Shown: one piece after another, positions 27,635 to 37,341 of the stretch | Layout: each line of letters opens with the position of its first letter | Numbering within the stretch: the stretch's first letter is position 1 | Source: Candidatus Angelobacter sp. | Lineage (GTDB): Bacteria; Acidobacteriota; Terriglobia; Terriglobales; Acidobacteriaceae | Assembly (NCBI GenBank): GCA_035710845.1 | Contig: DASTCT010000086.1 | Span: 3,067 to 67,066 of the forward strand | Direction of reading: 5' to 3' | DNA length: 64,000 nucleotides | Translations under genes and position numbers: made by a program | The notes under the pieces: generated by a model | Told to the model about the DNA's origin: nothing | The model's database searches: none | Seen by the model: only the letters and a program-made list of their open reading frames with translations

Positions 27635-27889
27635 ATGTATCTCAAGATCATGATTGCGATTTCGCTCGCTGCTCTCTGTCTTGCACTATTTCTACCGGTT
27701 AATGAACAGTACGAGTTCCTGGTGTACGCATCCGCTGCTTTGATCGTTTTGCATGCTCTGCGCGCCAAGCCCGATTATTTGTGGGCCGGAACATTCGGCA
27801 GCATTGCTGTTCCGTTCAACCCGATTATTCCAGTCCCGCTTGCCAGTCGGGCCTCAGTCGCGGAGCAGAGTGGACCACCAACGATGTGA
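27635..27889 (+). CDS. Small membrane protein (84 aa)
   Basis: Two to three hydrophobic helices (MYLKIMIAISLAALCLALFLPV.., FLVYASAALIVLHAL, WAGTFGSIAVPF). Confidence 0.5.
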   Translation: MYLKIMIAISLAALCLALFLPVNEQYEFLVYASAALIVLHALRAKPDYLWAGTFGSIAVPFNPIIPVPLASRASVAEQSGPPTM

Positions 27890-27924
27890 GCAGCGCGGGA
27901 AATGCTGTTCGCGAAGGAGTTTAT

Positions 27925-28395
27925 ATGACGACATATCCAGTTCAGGAAACCCCAACCCAAATCAAGGACCTGTTAGAAAGTGCCATCGTTGTGAGTTGGA
28001 AGGAACTGCTACAGAGCTCACTCACAGCTGTGGTCCAAATTGAATACGGAACCGCTCCTGAGCCTTCCCTTCAGTATGTGAAAGTGTGGCTGTCAACTGT
28101 GCGAGGAATCTGGGACCTGGTTTGTGAATACTGGATGTCAGCGGGAGCCCAGCAGACTCCAGCAATTGGACTCACGTTTAGTAATGGCTTTTATTCCGAG
28201 TGTCTGGCGCGGATGCTGCAAGATGTGTTGCAACATCGGAACGGCATTCCCAGTTGCCTGTCCGGGGATACGGCTGTGGATCTGATCGTAATTAACTCTC
28301 CTACGCAACAAGACAGCCGCAATGCTCGTAAGTGTATGGCCCAGGCCTACCAGAGACTTGGCATCACGTTTGTGGGAGCGCATGCCGCAGCCTGA
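27925..28395 (+). CDS. Hypothetical protein (156 aa)
   Basis: AAGGAG 6 nt upstream of the ATG at 27925. Stop lies 2 nt before the next start. Confidence 0.55.
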   Translation: MTTYPVQETPTQIKDLLESAIVVSWKELLQSSLTAVVQIEYGTAPEPSLQYVKVWLSTVRGIWDLVCEYWMSAGAQQTPAIGLTFSNGFYSECLARMLQDVLQHRNGIPSCLSGDTAVDLIVINSPTQQDSRNARKCMAQAYQRLGITFVGAHAAA

Positions 28396-28397
28396 TA

Positions 28398-28805
28398 ATG
28401 ACAATCCAGATAAAAGACGGAACAATGATGGTGCGCGAAGGACTTCTTTTGCCTGATTCTGCCCGGATTGAAAGCACCAGCTATTCCAAGACCTGGCGCA
28501 CTCTGGTGGGGTTGGATAGCTTTGCCTTTGATCGTAAGCTGCGCGATGCTGCCTTCCATTTATTTTTCATTGCCGGTGAATTAAAGGTGATTGCGCTTGG
28601 CCGTGGGCCGAGTGCGGTTCGCAGAGGAATGAAGCGGATGCTAGGCCGCGGTCGCAAAAGCAATCTGAACTGCATGGAGATAACGCAAGTCAGACCTGCC
28701 CATTTCCTTGGCTTACCTTGTATTGCTATTCACGCTTACTCGTTCCATATCCAGGAGAATGCAATGCTCCAAAGCAAAGCCCAACGTAAGTCAACAGAAC
28801 GATAG
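28398..28805 (+). CDS. Hypothetical protein (135 aa), translationally coupled to the preceding gene
   Basis: ATG at 28398 immediately after the TGA at 28393-28395. Confidence 0.5.
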   Translation: MTIQIKDGTMMVREGLLLPDSARIESTSYSKTWRTLVGLDSFAFDRKLRDAAFHLFFIAGELKVIALGRGPSAVRRGMKRMLGRGRKSNLNCMEITQVRPAHFLGLPCIAIHAYSFHIQENAMLQSKAQRKSTER

Positions 28806-28976
28806 AGACTGGGCCTCCGGCTAGCAACTACGAGGAAACAGACCAAGGCTTCCCAAGATCCAAGATCAAGCAAATTTAATTCAGGTTTGCGGGTATGCGG
28901 GGCCATGCAGCTTAAGTAAGCTAAAATCGACATAGTAGGGGACGGAACACGCAAGTTCGCCCTTGATGGAGGCCCA

Positions 28977-29384
28977 ATGTCACTTTATGTTTTGCGCTTG
29001 CGAGACGGTAATTGCATCGTGGTGGATGCCCCAAATGAAGAGAAAGCCCGAGAGAGAGCCCGGCCCCTGGCCGCAAGTGAAGTGGCAACTACCCGGAAGC
29101 TGGATTCGTTTGTCGCCCAGTTCGCATTGAGGGACGATGGCGAACTCACCGCTACTCTGCTCGACAAGAACACCATCTCTGACCTTCATCAGCACGAGTA
29201 TCCCTTGTTGCAATCCGCCCATGCACAGTCTTACATGGATTTTGACCATTCAGAGACGGACAGCAAGACTGATGCAATCCTCTATGATTCGAAATCCAGT
29301 GTTCACGCAAAAGAGTGGGGCAAACGAGATAAGGACATCGTGCAATTTGCGGTACAGCAAGAACGCCTCCGTTTTGCCAATTAG
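28977..29384 (+). CDS. Hypothetical protein (135 aa)
   Basis: Long ORF on the same strand. No recognisable motif. Confidence 0.45.
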   Translation: MSLYVLRLRDGNCIVVDAPNEEKARERARPLAASEVATTRKLDSFVAQFALRDDGELTATLLDKNTISDLHQHEYPLLQSAHAQSYMDFDHSETDSKTDAILYDSKSSVHAKEWGKRDKDIVQFAVQQERLRFAN

Positions 29385-29702
29385 AGGCTAAATGCAACGC
29401 CGTACTGTTTAATTCAACTGCTGACTGATTCGCGACGCGCCCCCCGGCGCTGGTTTCATGTAGCGATGTGACCTCAAGCCTTCTTCGCGGCGTATCGAGA
29501 TCCGCAAGAATTTCTCTGCTCCCGCCTCCCCGCCTTCACAATCTTCACTCCCCACTTCACAAAATTCGTTTCTTCCAAAACTTTTTCTTTATCGTTGCAT
29601 CGCTCCGCAAAATCGGTTACACAAAAAGAGACGGGACTCGCCCGTGTTATCCGCACGGACGGTCCCTAACCACAAAATCACCTTCACTAGAAAGGCGACA
29701 TT

Positions 29703-29990
29703 ATGGCTGACACAGATTTTAGCAGTGCACCCAAACCTTCTAGCAGCACACCTAAACCCCACATCTATGATCTTCTCTACCGCCTCAACGCATCTTTCGC
29801 TCGCGTCCATCGCAATATGGCGGCATTGGAGGAGGTTGGCATTTTCGATCCGCTGATGATGCAGTCCCTCAACCGCCAATCGGAGCAGCTACGAGCAGGC
29901 ACCAATTACCATCTGCTTGGGGCCATGCGACGAATAGAAGAGCGTGACCGGGAGCGATTCTCGCAACCACCCACTGAGCAAACTTCTTAG
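29703..29990 (+). CDS. Hypothetical protein (95 aa)
   Basis: ORF on the same strand, followed by terminators. Confidence 0.45.
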   Translation: MADTDFSSAPKPSSSTPKPHIYDLLYRLNASFARVHRNMAALEEVGIFDPLMMQSLNRQSEQLRAGTNYHLLGAMRRIEERDRERFSQPPTEQTS

Positions 29991-30089
29991 ACTCAACAGG
30001 AGCAAATGGAACCCCGCCTCAAAAGGGCGGCCAGCTTTCCATCCTCTGCCTGCATTGAGAAACTTTTCAATACTTCTACTAAATGACAA

Positions 30090-30116
30090 CCCCACCTGAA
30101 ATGGTGGGGTTTGTCA
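30090..30116 (+). terminator. Rho-independent terminator (first of two)
   Basis: ccccacc-tgaaat-ggtgggg followed by TTTGTC. Confidence 0.6.
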
Positions 30117-30125
30117 ACAATCTGG

Positions 30126-30156
30126 GGCGCGCTGCATGCGGCGCGCCTTTGTTATT
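30126..30156 (+). terminator. Rho-independent terminator (second of two)
   Basis: ggcgcgc-tgcatgcg-gcgcgcc followed by TTTGTTATT. Confidence 0.6.
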
Positions 30157-30170
30157 CGTGCTGCACAAAG

Positions 30171-31067
30171 TTACAGGCAGCCGCTGCAAACAACAAATTG
30201 TGTAGTAATACCGCCTGTAGAAGAAATTGTGTGAACGGTGTACCCCACCTGGGCCCCTGTCCCGATCGCGTACGCTACGGCCGGGGCCATACGAAGATCA
30301 AGCATGAAAGAACCGGATGTGGCAGTAAAGTTTCGCTGGTTATGCCAATGTCCCGCGAACATGGTGGTAATGTTAAGCGCCATCAGAGCGTTCATCTCCT
30401 CAGTGCGGTACTGATGATGGATATTGGTGTCATTTTGCACGTCGTAAATCGCCCAATAAGGGTTCGTGGAAGGATAGGTCCCCCCGCCCGACAGGGATTG
30501 AGGTAACAACGGAACATGCTGCACGGCAATCTCATTGGAAACAGCTGTCTGGCGGCCCAGCCAGGCCAGCATATTGTCTGACTCAGTCTGGACCGATGCC
30601 GGCAATGGCTGCACATTAGCCGGGGTTTGTCCACTGGTGAAGGTGTCATAGTCGCCCAGAAGCTGCGAGTCGATCACCATAAAAGTAATATTGTTGATCT
30701 TGAAACTGTAGTAGTCATTGCCAAAATACTGGCGATACGTGGAGATATTCGTGGTGTGGATATCGTGGTTGCCGGGGATGAAATAGACTGGAGCCTTCAG
30801 ATTAGCGAGCGTGTTCTTGGCCGTAGTCCAGGCGCTCGTCGTCTCGCCGATATCTCCCGAAAGAATTACAGCGTCCGGCTGCGGCGACATGGCATTGATC
30901 TGGGTTACAACCGTTTGAAGATGTTGCAGTGCATTGGGCGCGGTGCTCAGGCCTATGTGGGTATCACTGATCTGAACAATCGTTGCCTGTGCAAAGGCGA
31001 GTGGGGAGCTTAGCAGGACAATAAGAACGAGTCTCACTGCACGTTGGCATAGACGATGGTATTCCAT
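30171..31067 (-). CDS. Secreted metallophosphoesterase (calcineurin-like)
   Basis: Motifs ISDTHIG, SGDIGE, GNHD and FAGHWH. Confidence 0.85.
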   Translation of the reverse strand: MEYHRLCQRAVRLVLIVLLSSPLAFAQATIVQISDTHIGLSTAPNALQHLQTVVTQINAMSPQPDAVILSGDIGETTSAWTTAKNTLANLKAPVYFIPGNHDIHTTNISTYRQYFGNDYYSFKINNITFMVIDSQLLGDYDTFTSGQTPANVQPLPASVQTESDNMLAWLGRQTAVSNEIAVQHVPLLPQSLSGGGTYPSTNPYWAIYDVQNDTNIHHQYRTEEMNALMALNITTMFAGHWHNQRNFTATSGSFMLDLRMAPAVAYAIGTGAQVGYTVHTISSTGGITTQFVVCSGCL

Positions 31068-31396
31068 GATCTGCTCCCTATGGATGAATTTGCGGTCATG
31101 ACGAAGGTGAATCTGTGTTTCCCGCTTGTAAGCGTTACTGGAAGCGGTCCACTGAGATTGCCGGTAGTGCTGTTCATGTACTTTGTGCCATCAACCCAGA
31201 GCTGCAGGCTGGTGATGGTGCCTTGAGGCGGCGTTGAACTCGCCGAAACCTGGATTGGATTGGTTACTGATGTTTCATAAAAGGGTGAGCAGATATTGAA
31301 CATCGCGAGCGTGGGCGCCGCACACGAGCTTTGCGCGGAGCCAGTAGTCAGCCCGGTGAGTACAACTGCAGTGAGAAGAATGGTTCGAAGTGGCAT
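31034..31396 (-). CDS. Secreted small beta-rich (Ig-like) protein
   Basis: AGGAGG upstream of the ATG at 31396. Signal peptide MPLRTILLTAVVLTGLTTGSAQ. Confidence 0.55.
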   Translation of the reverse strand: MPLRTILLTAVVLTGLTTGSAQSSCAAPTLAMFNICSPFYETSVTNPIQVSASSTPPQGTITSLQLWVDGTKYMNSTTGNLSGPLPVTLTSGKHRFTFVMTANSSIGSRSWNTIVYANVQ

Positions 31397-31470
31397 GGAA
31401 CCTCCTGAGTTGCGGAATATGAATCCAGCTCTGAACCAGAGGCTGCCTTGATAAGGTAATTGCACAAAGC

Positions 31471-31497
31471 AAAAAGGCGGCCGAAGCCGCCTTTTTT
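31471..31497. terminator. Bidirectional rho-independent terminator
   Basis: AAAAA-ggcggc-cgaa-gccgcc-TTTTTT between csp and the upstream convergent region. Confidence 0.85.
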
Positions 31498-31511
31498 AAA
31501 AAACTTTTAGA

Positions 31512-31712
31512 CTAGAGAGGACGAACGTTCTCTGCCTGCCAGCCTTTCTTTCCTTTAGTCACAGTGAATTCAACCGCCTGGCCGTCTTGCAGGCTGCGGT
31601 ACCCGTCAGACTGAATCGCGGAGAAATGCACGAAGACATCTTCCCCATTTTGACGTGAGATAAAACCAAATCCTTTAGCGGCGTTGAACCACTTAACTGT
31701 TCCTTGTTCCAT
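31512..31712 (-). CDS. cspA: Cold-shock protein (CspA family)
   Basis: [15 protein letters not shown] (RNP1) and VFVHFSAI (RNP2), 66 aa. Confidence 0.95.
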   Translation of the reverse strand: MEQGTVKWFNAAKGFGFISRQNGEDVFVHFSAIQSDGYRSLQDGQAVEFTVTKGKKGWQAENVRPL

Positions 31713-31995
31713 TTTGCTTTTTCCTGATGTATTGATTTTTTTAACGCTGGAAAGATTTATCGATATTCGGCAGATAGCAGAGCTTCTTGCAGAAGTTCAA
31801 CAATTCAATTCTAACGCAAGTCCAAAATATCACACCGGCCAGCAGAATGCACGTAAATAGTAGATTTTGGATAAGTTGGGATTTTAGCGGGGATCAAAAT
31901 GGGCTGGTTTGGCGCGCCGTTCTTTAGCAGCAAGTTCCGTGAGAGCAGCAAGTTCCGTGGGCTTGCCGGGCAAATGCGCATATTCATTGTTGAGC

Positions 31996-33006
31996 CTACC
32001 TGTAATACCCCTGCCTAGCCTCTACCACCACTCCCCCAAGCTGCTTTTTGATCTCGGGCGTCAGGCGCACCTTAATGGCACAGAATTTGCCCTTCGGTTT
32101 TTGCCTTGATGGATGATAGCCAAGACTGTAGCGCATACGCAGATCATCGATCAGCGCAGCCAGCTTGTCTTTCAATTCTTTCTTTTTGTACTCGATCACC
32201 TGTCCACCAGTAGCGGCAGCATATTGGTCCACCTCGCCCGGAGGATGCAGCATGCGCTCGGCCGGATGGGCCCAGAGCCCTGGCGCGTCTGCCACAGAGA
32301 TGTCGCTCTGCTTCACGAGAGAGCAGACAACTGTGCCGGTCTGGAAAAGCTCTAGCATTGCTTCTTTTTGTGAATGCGGCATCTCACCATTCAGGCTGTG
32401 GCGATAGCGCAATGGAACCGAACTTTCAGAAGGTATGTTTGGAACATCATCCGTGAACCAGATAATCACCCGCCGGCTGGATGGGTTGTGTTCCTTCGCT
32501 AATTCCTCGGTGGCTTGATAGATCCCTTCATTGAAAAAAGCGGCTTCCTCACTCTTCATGCGACTGGCCTTCTCAATCGCCGCTGCCGCCAGCGCTCGAT
32601 CTGTAGTCGCTGGCTGCAAGACCTCGGCCGCGGCGGCATAGACCATCACCGTGACTTCGTCTTCCGGCTTCAGATGCTGAAGCGCTTCCAGCGCGCCTTC
32701 AGCCAGTGATTTCAGCACTGGCCGCACACTCTCAGTCAAGTCAAACAAAAGCACGATTGAAAGCGGCAATTTGTCCTGGCTGAACGAGCTGATTTTTTGG
32801 GGTACGTTGTCTTCAAAAATCTGGAAGTCATTTTGCGTCAATGATGGAGTGACGTGCCGCGTCTTTTTATTCAGAACTTGCGCGTCCACCTGAACTACGT
32901 GAACATCCACACGGAAAACAGGCTGGTCTTGTGCCGGGCTTTGCGCATGGAGAGCACTTACGATCGCCAACTCCAATGCCAGCAACAGCAAAGCCCTGAT
33001 TCCCAT
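31996..33006 (-). CDS. VWA-domain protein of the acidobacterial VWFA-related type
   Basis: Signal peptide, then FRVDVHVVQVDAQVL..NDFQIFEDNVPQKISSF and a MIDAS-like segment LLFDLTES. Confidence 0.8.
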   Translation of the reverse strand: MGIRALLLLALELAIVSALHAQSPAQDQPVFRVDVHVVQVDAQVLNKKTRHVTPSLTQNDFQIFEDNVPQKISSFSQDKLPLSIVLLFDLTESVRPVLKSLAEGALEALQHLKPEDEVTVMVYAAAAEVLQPATTDRALAAAAIEKASRMKSEEAAFFNEGIYQATEELAKEHNPSSRRVIIWFTDDVPNIPSESSVPLRYRHSLNGEMPHSQKEAMLELFQTGTVVCSLVKQSDISVADAPGLWAHPAERMLHPPGEVDQYAAATGGQVIEYKKKELKDKLAALIDDLRMRYSLGYHPSRQKPKGKFCAIKVRLTPEIKKQLGGVVVEARQGYYR

Positions 33007-33098
33007 GATTCAATCCCCGTGATTTCAATCTAAAGATAGGCCGGTTTTCTCGGATAGTCCAGCGCTTAGCCCTGCTTGCAATCTTTTCCTGATGGTTC

Positions 33099-34319
33099 TT
33101 ACTTTTCTTCCGGAGGCCGCACATGCCGGAAGGCCCACCACAGCAGGCCATCATAGATAATCTTTAATCCGCCGCCCAGGAGCAACGGAGCAGAAAACGC
33201 CACCTGTTGCATAAAAACTCCTGCCACGGCCGAGGCCACGGCCCATGCCGTATTGCGCGTGAGATTAGTTACACCGGCCGCAAACGTCCGCTCTTCCGGC
33301 CTGACCACCGCAGCCACATAAGATTGCCGGGTAGGCACGTCCATCTCCACCAGCGATTCACGCAACAGAAACAGCAGCACAGCCCAGCGCGCCGAAGGCA
33401 TAAATGCCGCCAGGATCAGGAACACGCTGGAAGGTAGGTGCGTGAAGACCATCGTCTTGACGAGCCCAATCCTGCGCGCCAGCCAAGCAGCACCCAAGTG
33501 TGAAAGCGCATTCAAGACGTGGACAGTAAAGAAGAGCAAGGCCAGCTTGTTCTCAGCGATCCCAAATCGACGGAAGAACCAGTAAGACACCAGCGCATCA
33601 GTGAGGAATCCGCCGCCGAGAGAGTCAAGGGCAAACAGGCTGGAGAGCCTGGCAACAGTTGATTTGGTTTCCTGAGATATCTTTGCAATCGCCTGACCCG
33701 GCAAACTGATGCGCGGCACCTCTATTTCCGGCGTGATCATCAGGTAAACCAGAGCGCTGACCAAATGGAAGGCCGCATAGCCAACAAATATCGCGCGATA
33801 TCCATTGCCCAACCCCACGTTCCAAACATGCAGCGCCAGCAATGGAATTCCGGCCGCAAGCGCTCCAATAGCTCCACTTGCATCCAGCACCACGCTGTAC
33901 CAAGCCAGCGCCCAGGTACGTTTTTGGTCGCTCACCAGGCCGGGGATCATCGCTTGTTCCAGCGCGAACGATGGGCTCCGATCAGCCCCCATCCCATTGA
34001 TCATCCCCAAAAAAGCGAGCACCAGAAGCCCTACCAGTCCTGTATGGAAGATCAGGGGAATTCCGCCCAAGGCATTGAATAGAGCGAGGCATACGAGCGT
34101 TCGTCTGCGTCCTAGATGGTCAGCCTTTAGCGTTATGAAGACCGTACCGGCAGCCGCACCCGCCAGTCCGGCTGCAATCACCAGGCCTATTGCGGTCGCG
34201 GAGAAGCCCTCACGCGAGAGATAGACGCCCAGCACAACGCCCATCAATCCGATGTTGAATGAGCGCAGCCAAGCAGCAGCGTAGATGACTAGAAGATTTC
34301 GGTTAGCTTTGCGCTCCAT
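33099..34319 (-). CDS. MFS transporter
   Basis: 12 predicted TM helices. DHLGRRRT loop motif between TM2 and TM3. Confidence 0.85.
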   Translation of the reverse strand: MERKANRNLLVIYAAAWLRSFNIGLMGVVLGVYLSREGFSATAIGLVIAAGLAGAAAGTVFITLKADHLGRRRTLVCLALFNALGGIPLIFHTGLVGLLVLAFLGMINGMGADRSPSFALEQAMIPGLVSDQKRTWALAWYSVVLDASGAIGALAAGIPLLALHVWNVGLGNGYRAIFVGYAAFHLVSALVYLMITPEIEVPRISLPGQAIAKISQETKSTVARLSSLFALDSLGGGFLTDALVSYWFFRRFGIAENKLALLFFTVHVLNALSHLGAAWLARRIGLVKTMVFTHLPSSVFLILAAFMPSARWAVLLFLLRESLVEMDVPTRQSYVAAVVRPEERTFAAGVTNLTRNTAWAVASAVAGVFMQQVAFSAPLLLGGGLKIIYDGLLWWAFRHVRPPEEK

Positions 34320-34350
34320 TGCGTGCTGTCAAGATTACACCGCAGCAGGC

Positions 34351-35961
34351 CTAAGCTGCTGCGCGATAGCGCGTCTCGCTCAAGTCCAGCTCGCGCAAGA
34401 GCTGCCTTAAAACTTCGTCGTTGATGCGGCCATTGTTTCGCAGTTGCACGGCAGTTTCACGCTCTACCCGCAGCAGATTGAGCGAAAGTTCAAGATATTC
34501 TTTGTAAGCCTCGGCATCGGCTTCGTTCTGCTCTTTGCCATCTCTGGGCAATGATGTGAGCTTGCGCTGGTAGTGTTCCTTAAGATCATCGAACAACACA
34601 GCCGCTTCAGGCTTCGCTTCCCTGCCAGATCTCTCCAGATGCTCGAGAGCAGCTTCCGCCATGATCCTGCGTGCTTCCGTTTCTTCGTAATTCGGCCCTG
34701 AAGCTCCTGCCAATTCCAGAGCGCGGATCAACATCGGTAGAGTCAGCCCTTGCAGCACCAGGGTCGCTAGGATCACACTGAAGGTCAAAAAGATGATCAT
34801 GCTGCGCTGAGGAAACGGCTTACCGTTTGCCAGCATCTGCGGCAGCGATAATGCTGCCGCCAGCGCAATTACGCCTCGCATACCTGTCCAGCCAGTGACA
34901 AAGACCTGGCGCAGTTCAGGACGAGCTTCTTTCTGGTGCTGGAAGCGTTTTCGTATCCAATAAGCGAGCGACGCGCCAGGAAATACCCACAACAACCGCA
35001 GCACAATTACCAGCACGCTAAACAGTGTGCCCAGCAACAGTAACGTGCCTGTTTTGTAACCTCTGATCCCTTCCCGCACCAACGGCAGTTGGAGACCGAT
35101 CAGGACAAAAACAAATCCATTCAAAATAAACGTGAACACATTCCAGACTGATTCTGCCTGGATTCTCACCGCCGGCGAAAAGAAATGCGCGCTTCCTCTG
35201 CCCAGGTATAGTCCGCACGCCACTACCGCAAGAACGCCAGAAGCATGAATCGATTCAGCAGCAAGATAAACTGCATACGGTACAAGGATGCTCAGGGTAA
35301 TCTCAATGGGGCCGTCGTCAATCAGATGTTCCAGCCAATGGACCACCACGCCAATCAGCAATCCAATCCCAACTCCAGCGACGATGAGATAAATCAGGCG
35401 TAGTAGGCCGGACGAAACAGTTGGCGCCTGCTCGCCGATCACCAGCGCCAGTCCAAATTCCAGCGCCAGCAATCCCGTTGCATCATTTACAAGGCTCTCG
35501 CCTTCCAGCACATCAACAATACGTTGCGGCAGGCCAAGACGCTTGGCAATGGAAGTTGCGGCAATGGCATCCGTGGTGGCGATTACCGCTCCCAGTACCA
35601 CGCCCAGTCGCCAATCGAAGCCGGGAAAGGTCAGGTGCGCAGTGAAAGCCACGCTCAGGACCGTAAATCCTACCAGCCCAAATGCCAGCAAACAGATGCT
35701 GACAATGTTGTAAGTAAAATCGCGCCATGAAGTAAGCCATGCGGCGGAGTAAAGGAGCGGCGGCAACACCAGCAGAAAAATAACGTCAGGATTCAGGGCA
35801 ATGCGCGGGATACCCGGCACAAAGCTCAGCAGTAATCCAGCAATGACCAGGACAATTGGATAGGGCGTCTGCAGCTTGCGCGCCAGGGCGGTAAATCCGG
35901 CGACAAACAACAGCAGAAGCAGAACAACAATTTCGAGTGATTGAACGCCGCCCTCGTGCAT
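34351..35961 (-). CDS. Na+/H+ antiporter (CPA1/NhaP type)
   Basis: Polytopic N-terminal region with ATDAIA and ESLVNDATG motifs. Soluble C-terminal tail. Confidence 0.88.
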   Translation of the reverse strand: MHEGGVQSLEIVVLLLLLFVAGFTALARKLQTPYPIVLVIAGLLLSFVPGIPRIALNPDVIFLLVLPPLLYSAAWLTSWRDFTYNIVSICLLAFGLVGFTVLSVAFTAHLTFPGFDWRLGVVLGAVIATTDAIAATSIAKRLGLPQRIVDVLEGESLVNDATGLLALEFGLALVIGEQAPTVSSGLLRLIYLIVAGVGIGLLIGVVVHWLEHLIDDGPIEITLSILVPYAVYLAAESIHASGVLAVVACGLYLGRGSAHFFSPAVRIQAESVWNVFTFILNGFVFVLIGLQLPLVREGIRGYKTGTLLLLGTLFSVLVIVLRLLWVFPGASLAYWIRKRFQHQKEARPELRQVFVTGWTGMRGVIALAAALSLPQMLANGKPFPQRSMIIFLTFSVILATLVLQGLTLPMLIRALELAGASGPNYEETEARRIMAEAALEHLERSGREAKPEAAVLFDDLKEHYQRKLTSLPRDGKEQNEADAEAYKEYLELSLNLLRVERETAVQLRNNGRINDEVLRQLLRELDLSETRYRAAA

Positions 35962-35980
35962 TCATCTCTCCCGGACGCTA

Positions 35981-37009
35981 TTATCGTGGGCCGCTCAGAT
36001 TGGGTATTTGCCATACCACAATCGCTAAACCAACCAGGACGGCTACAAAATAAGCAGTGATGAAGTTGCTGGGCTCTTCTGGTTCATCACGAGTAAATAG
36101 CCGCCAGGCTAGGCCTGCTGAAACAATCCAAAACACCACATCGCGCAATGCATAGCCAAGCACAGCGCTGATCACTAAAATCGTCCCGCGTTGTATCTTG
36201 CTTAAAGCATACGCTGCGCTGCCGCCATCGAGTATCCAGATTGGGGTCAGGTTAATGATGTTCAGCCATGCGCCAGTTGCGGCTAGCGCGGCCCAGATGC
36301 CATTGCCGGTCTGGCGCCAGATTAACCAACACGCAGCAGAAGAAAGAAGGCCTGCAAATGGTCCTGCAAGACTCACCGCAGCGCGAGTTTCCAGGCTTAC
36401 ATTGAGCGCTTTCCATCGCACATACGCGCCGAGTCCCGGCAAGAACACAGGCATATCAGCCGGCAGGCCGCGACGTTTGACATCAATAAAATGACCCATT
36501 TCGTGGATCAGGATCAAAACAGCGAAGCCGATGCCAAATTTCGGTCCCCACATGGCCCAATAAAGCCCGATAAAAGCGGCAAAGCTAAACAAAAACTTGA
36601 ACTTTAAAATGGCAAGAAAGAATGCTTTGAATTTCGCTATAAAAAGCGCAATGGGAGCCAGCGGTCCCAGCCACTTGGCCCATTTCGGCTTCGCGGCAGA
36701 GGCCGGTTGGTTGGATACCGGCGTCGCGGCGCTTGTCTCCAGCTCACGCACATGATCGCGAATCCATGCAGCCTGCTTTGATTGCGGAGGCAAGAGCGGT
36801 AAGCAGGCCAACCAGCGTTCACGGGCTTGGGAAAAGTCACCATGCGCTTCAAGGGCACGAGCATGAGCGGCAAACTGCTCCACCTGATGCTCGTGCACGA
36901 GCGTATGGCACTGCGGACACTCCAAAGCACCCGGCACAAGTGGACGGGCACAACGAGCACAATTTTGAGTCGGACTGGCAGTAAATGAGGACATGAATCT
37001 TTGTGACAA
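35981..37009 (-). CDS. M50-like (site-2 protease family) membrane metalloprotease with N-terminal zinc ribbon
   Basis: HEMGHF (HExxH) in a TM segment. CARCARP..CPQCH at the N-terminus. Confidence 0.75.
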   Translation of the reverse strand: MSQRFMSSFTASPTQNCARCARPLVPGALECPQCHTLVHEHQVEQFAAHARALEAHGDFSQARERWLACLPLLPPQSKQAAWIRDHVRELETSAATPVSNQPASAAKPKWAKWLGPLAPIALFIAKFKAFFLAILKFKFLFSFAAFIGLYWAMWGPKFGIGFAVLILIHEMGHFIDVKRRGLPADMPVFLPGLGAYVRWKALNVSLETRAAVSLAGPFAGLLSSAACWLIWRQTGNGIWAALAATGAWLNIINLTPIWILDGGSAAYALSKIQRGTILVISAVLGYALRDVVFWIVSAGLAWRLFTRDEPEEPSNFITAYFVAVLVGLAIVVWQIPNLSGPR

Positions 37010-37043
37010 TCTCCTGTTGCATCATCTCATATTGCTGTGACTA

Positions 37044-37223
37044 TCATTCCAACTCAGCGCTGATCGTATATTCGCCGGCCGAATTGTCCCAATTGATTTG
37101 CAAGACATTCGGCTTGCAGCAAACCTGGCAGTCTTCCACGTAGCTTTGGCGTGAGCCCGCAGAAGAATCCACATGGGTCTCATTCCATTCACCGCAACCA
37201 GCACACTGGAAACCGGAAAGCAT
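37044..37223 (-). CDS. CPXCG-motif cysteine-rich small protein (59 aa)
   Basis: Hand translation: MLSGFQCAGCGEWNETHVDSSAGSRQSYVEDCQVCCKPNVLQINWDNSAGEYTISAELE. The YVEDCQVCC core is diagnostic. Below the ORF-track size cutoff; replaces the tracked 37022-37204 frame. Confidence 0.8.
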   Translation of the reverse strand: MLSGFQCAGCGEWNETHVDSSAGSRQSYVEDCQVCCKPNVLQINWDNSAGEYTISAELE

Positions 37224-37341
37224 GACTAATTATCGTAAAACAAAAACAGCGGCCAGCATTCAAGCTGACCGCTGATTACATCTGCCTACCATCTTTGTTA
37301 TCTGCTTGATCTGTGCAGGATCGCTTGTGCAGAGAACCTAC

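Noticed and set aside
37022-37204. The tracked 60-aa minus-strand ORF.
   Set aside because: A different minus-strand frame (37044-37223) encodes a recognisable CPXCG-family protein. The tracked frame has no features.
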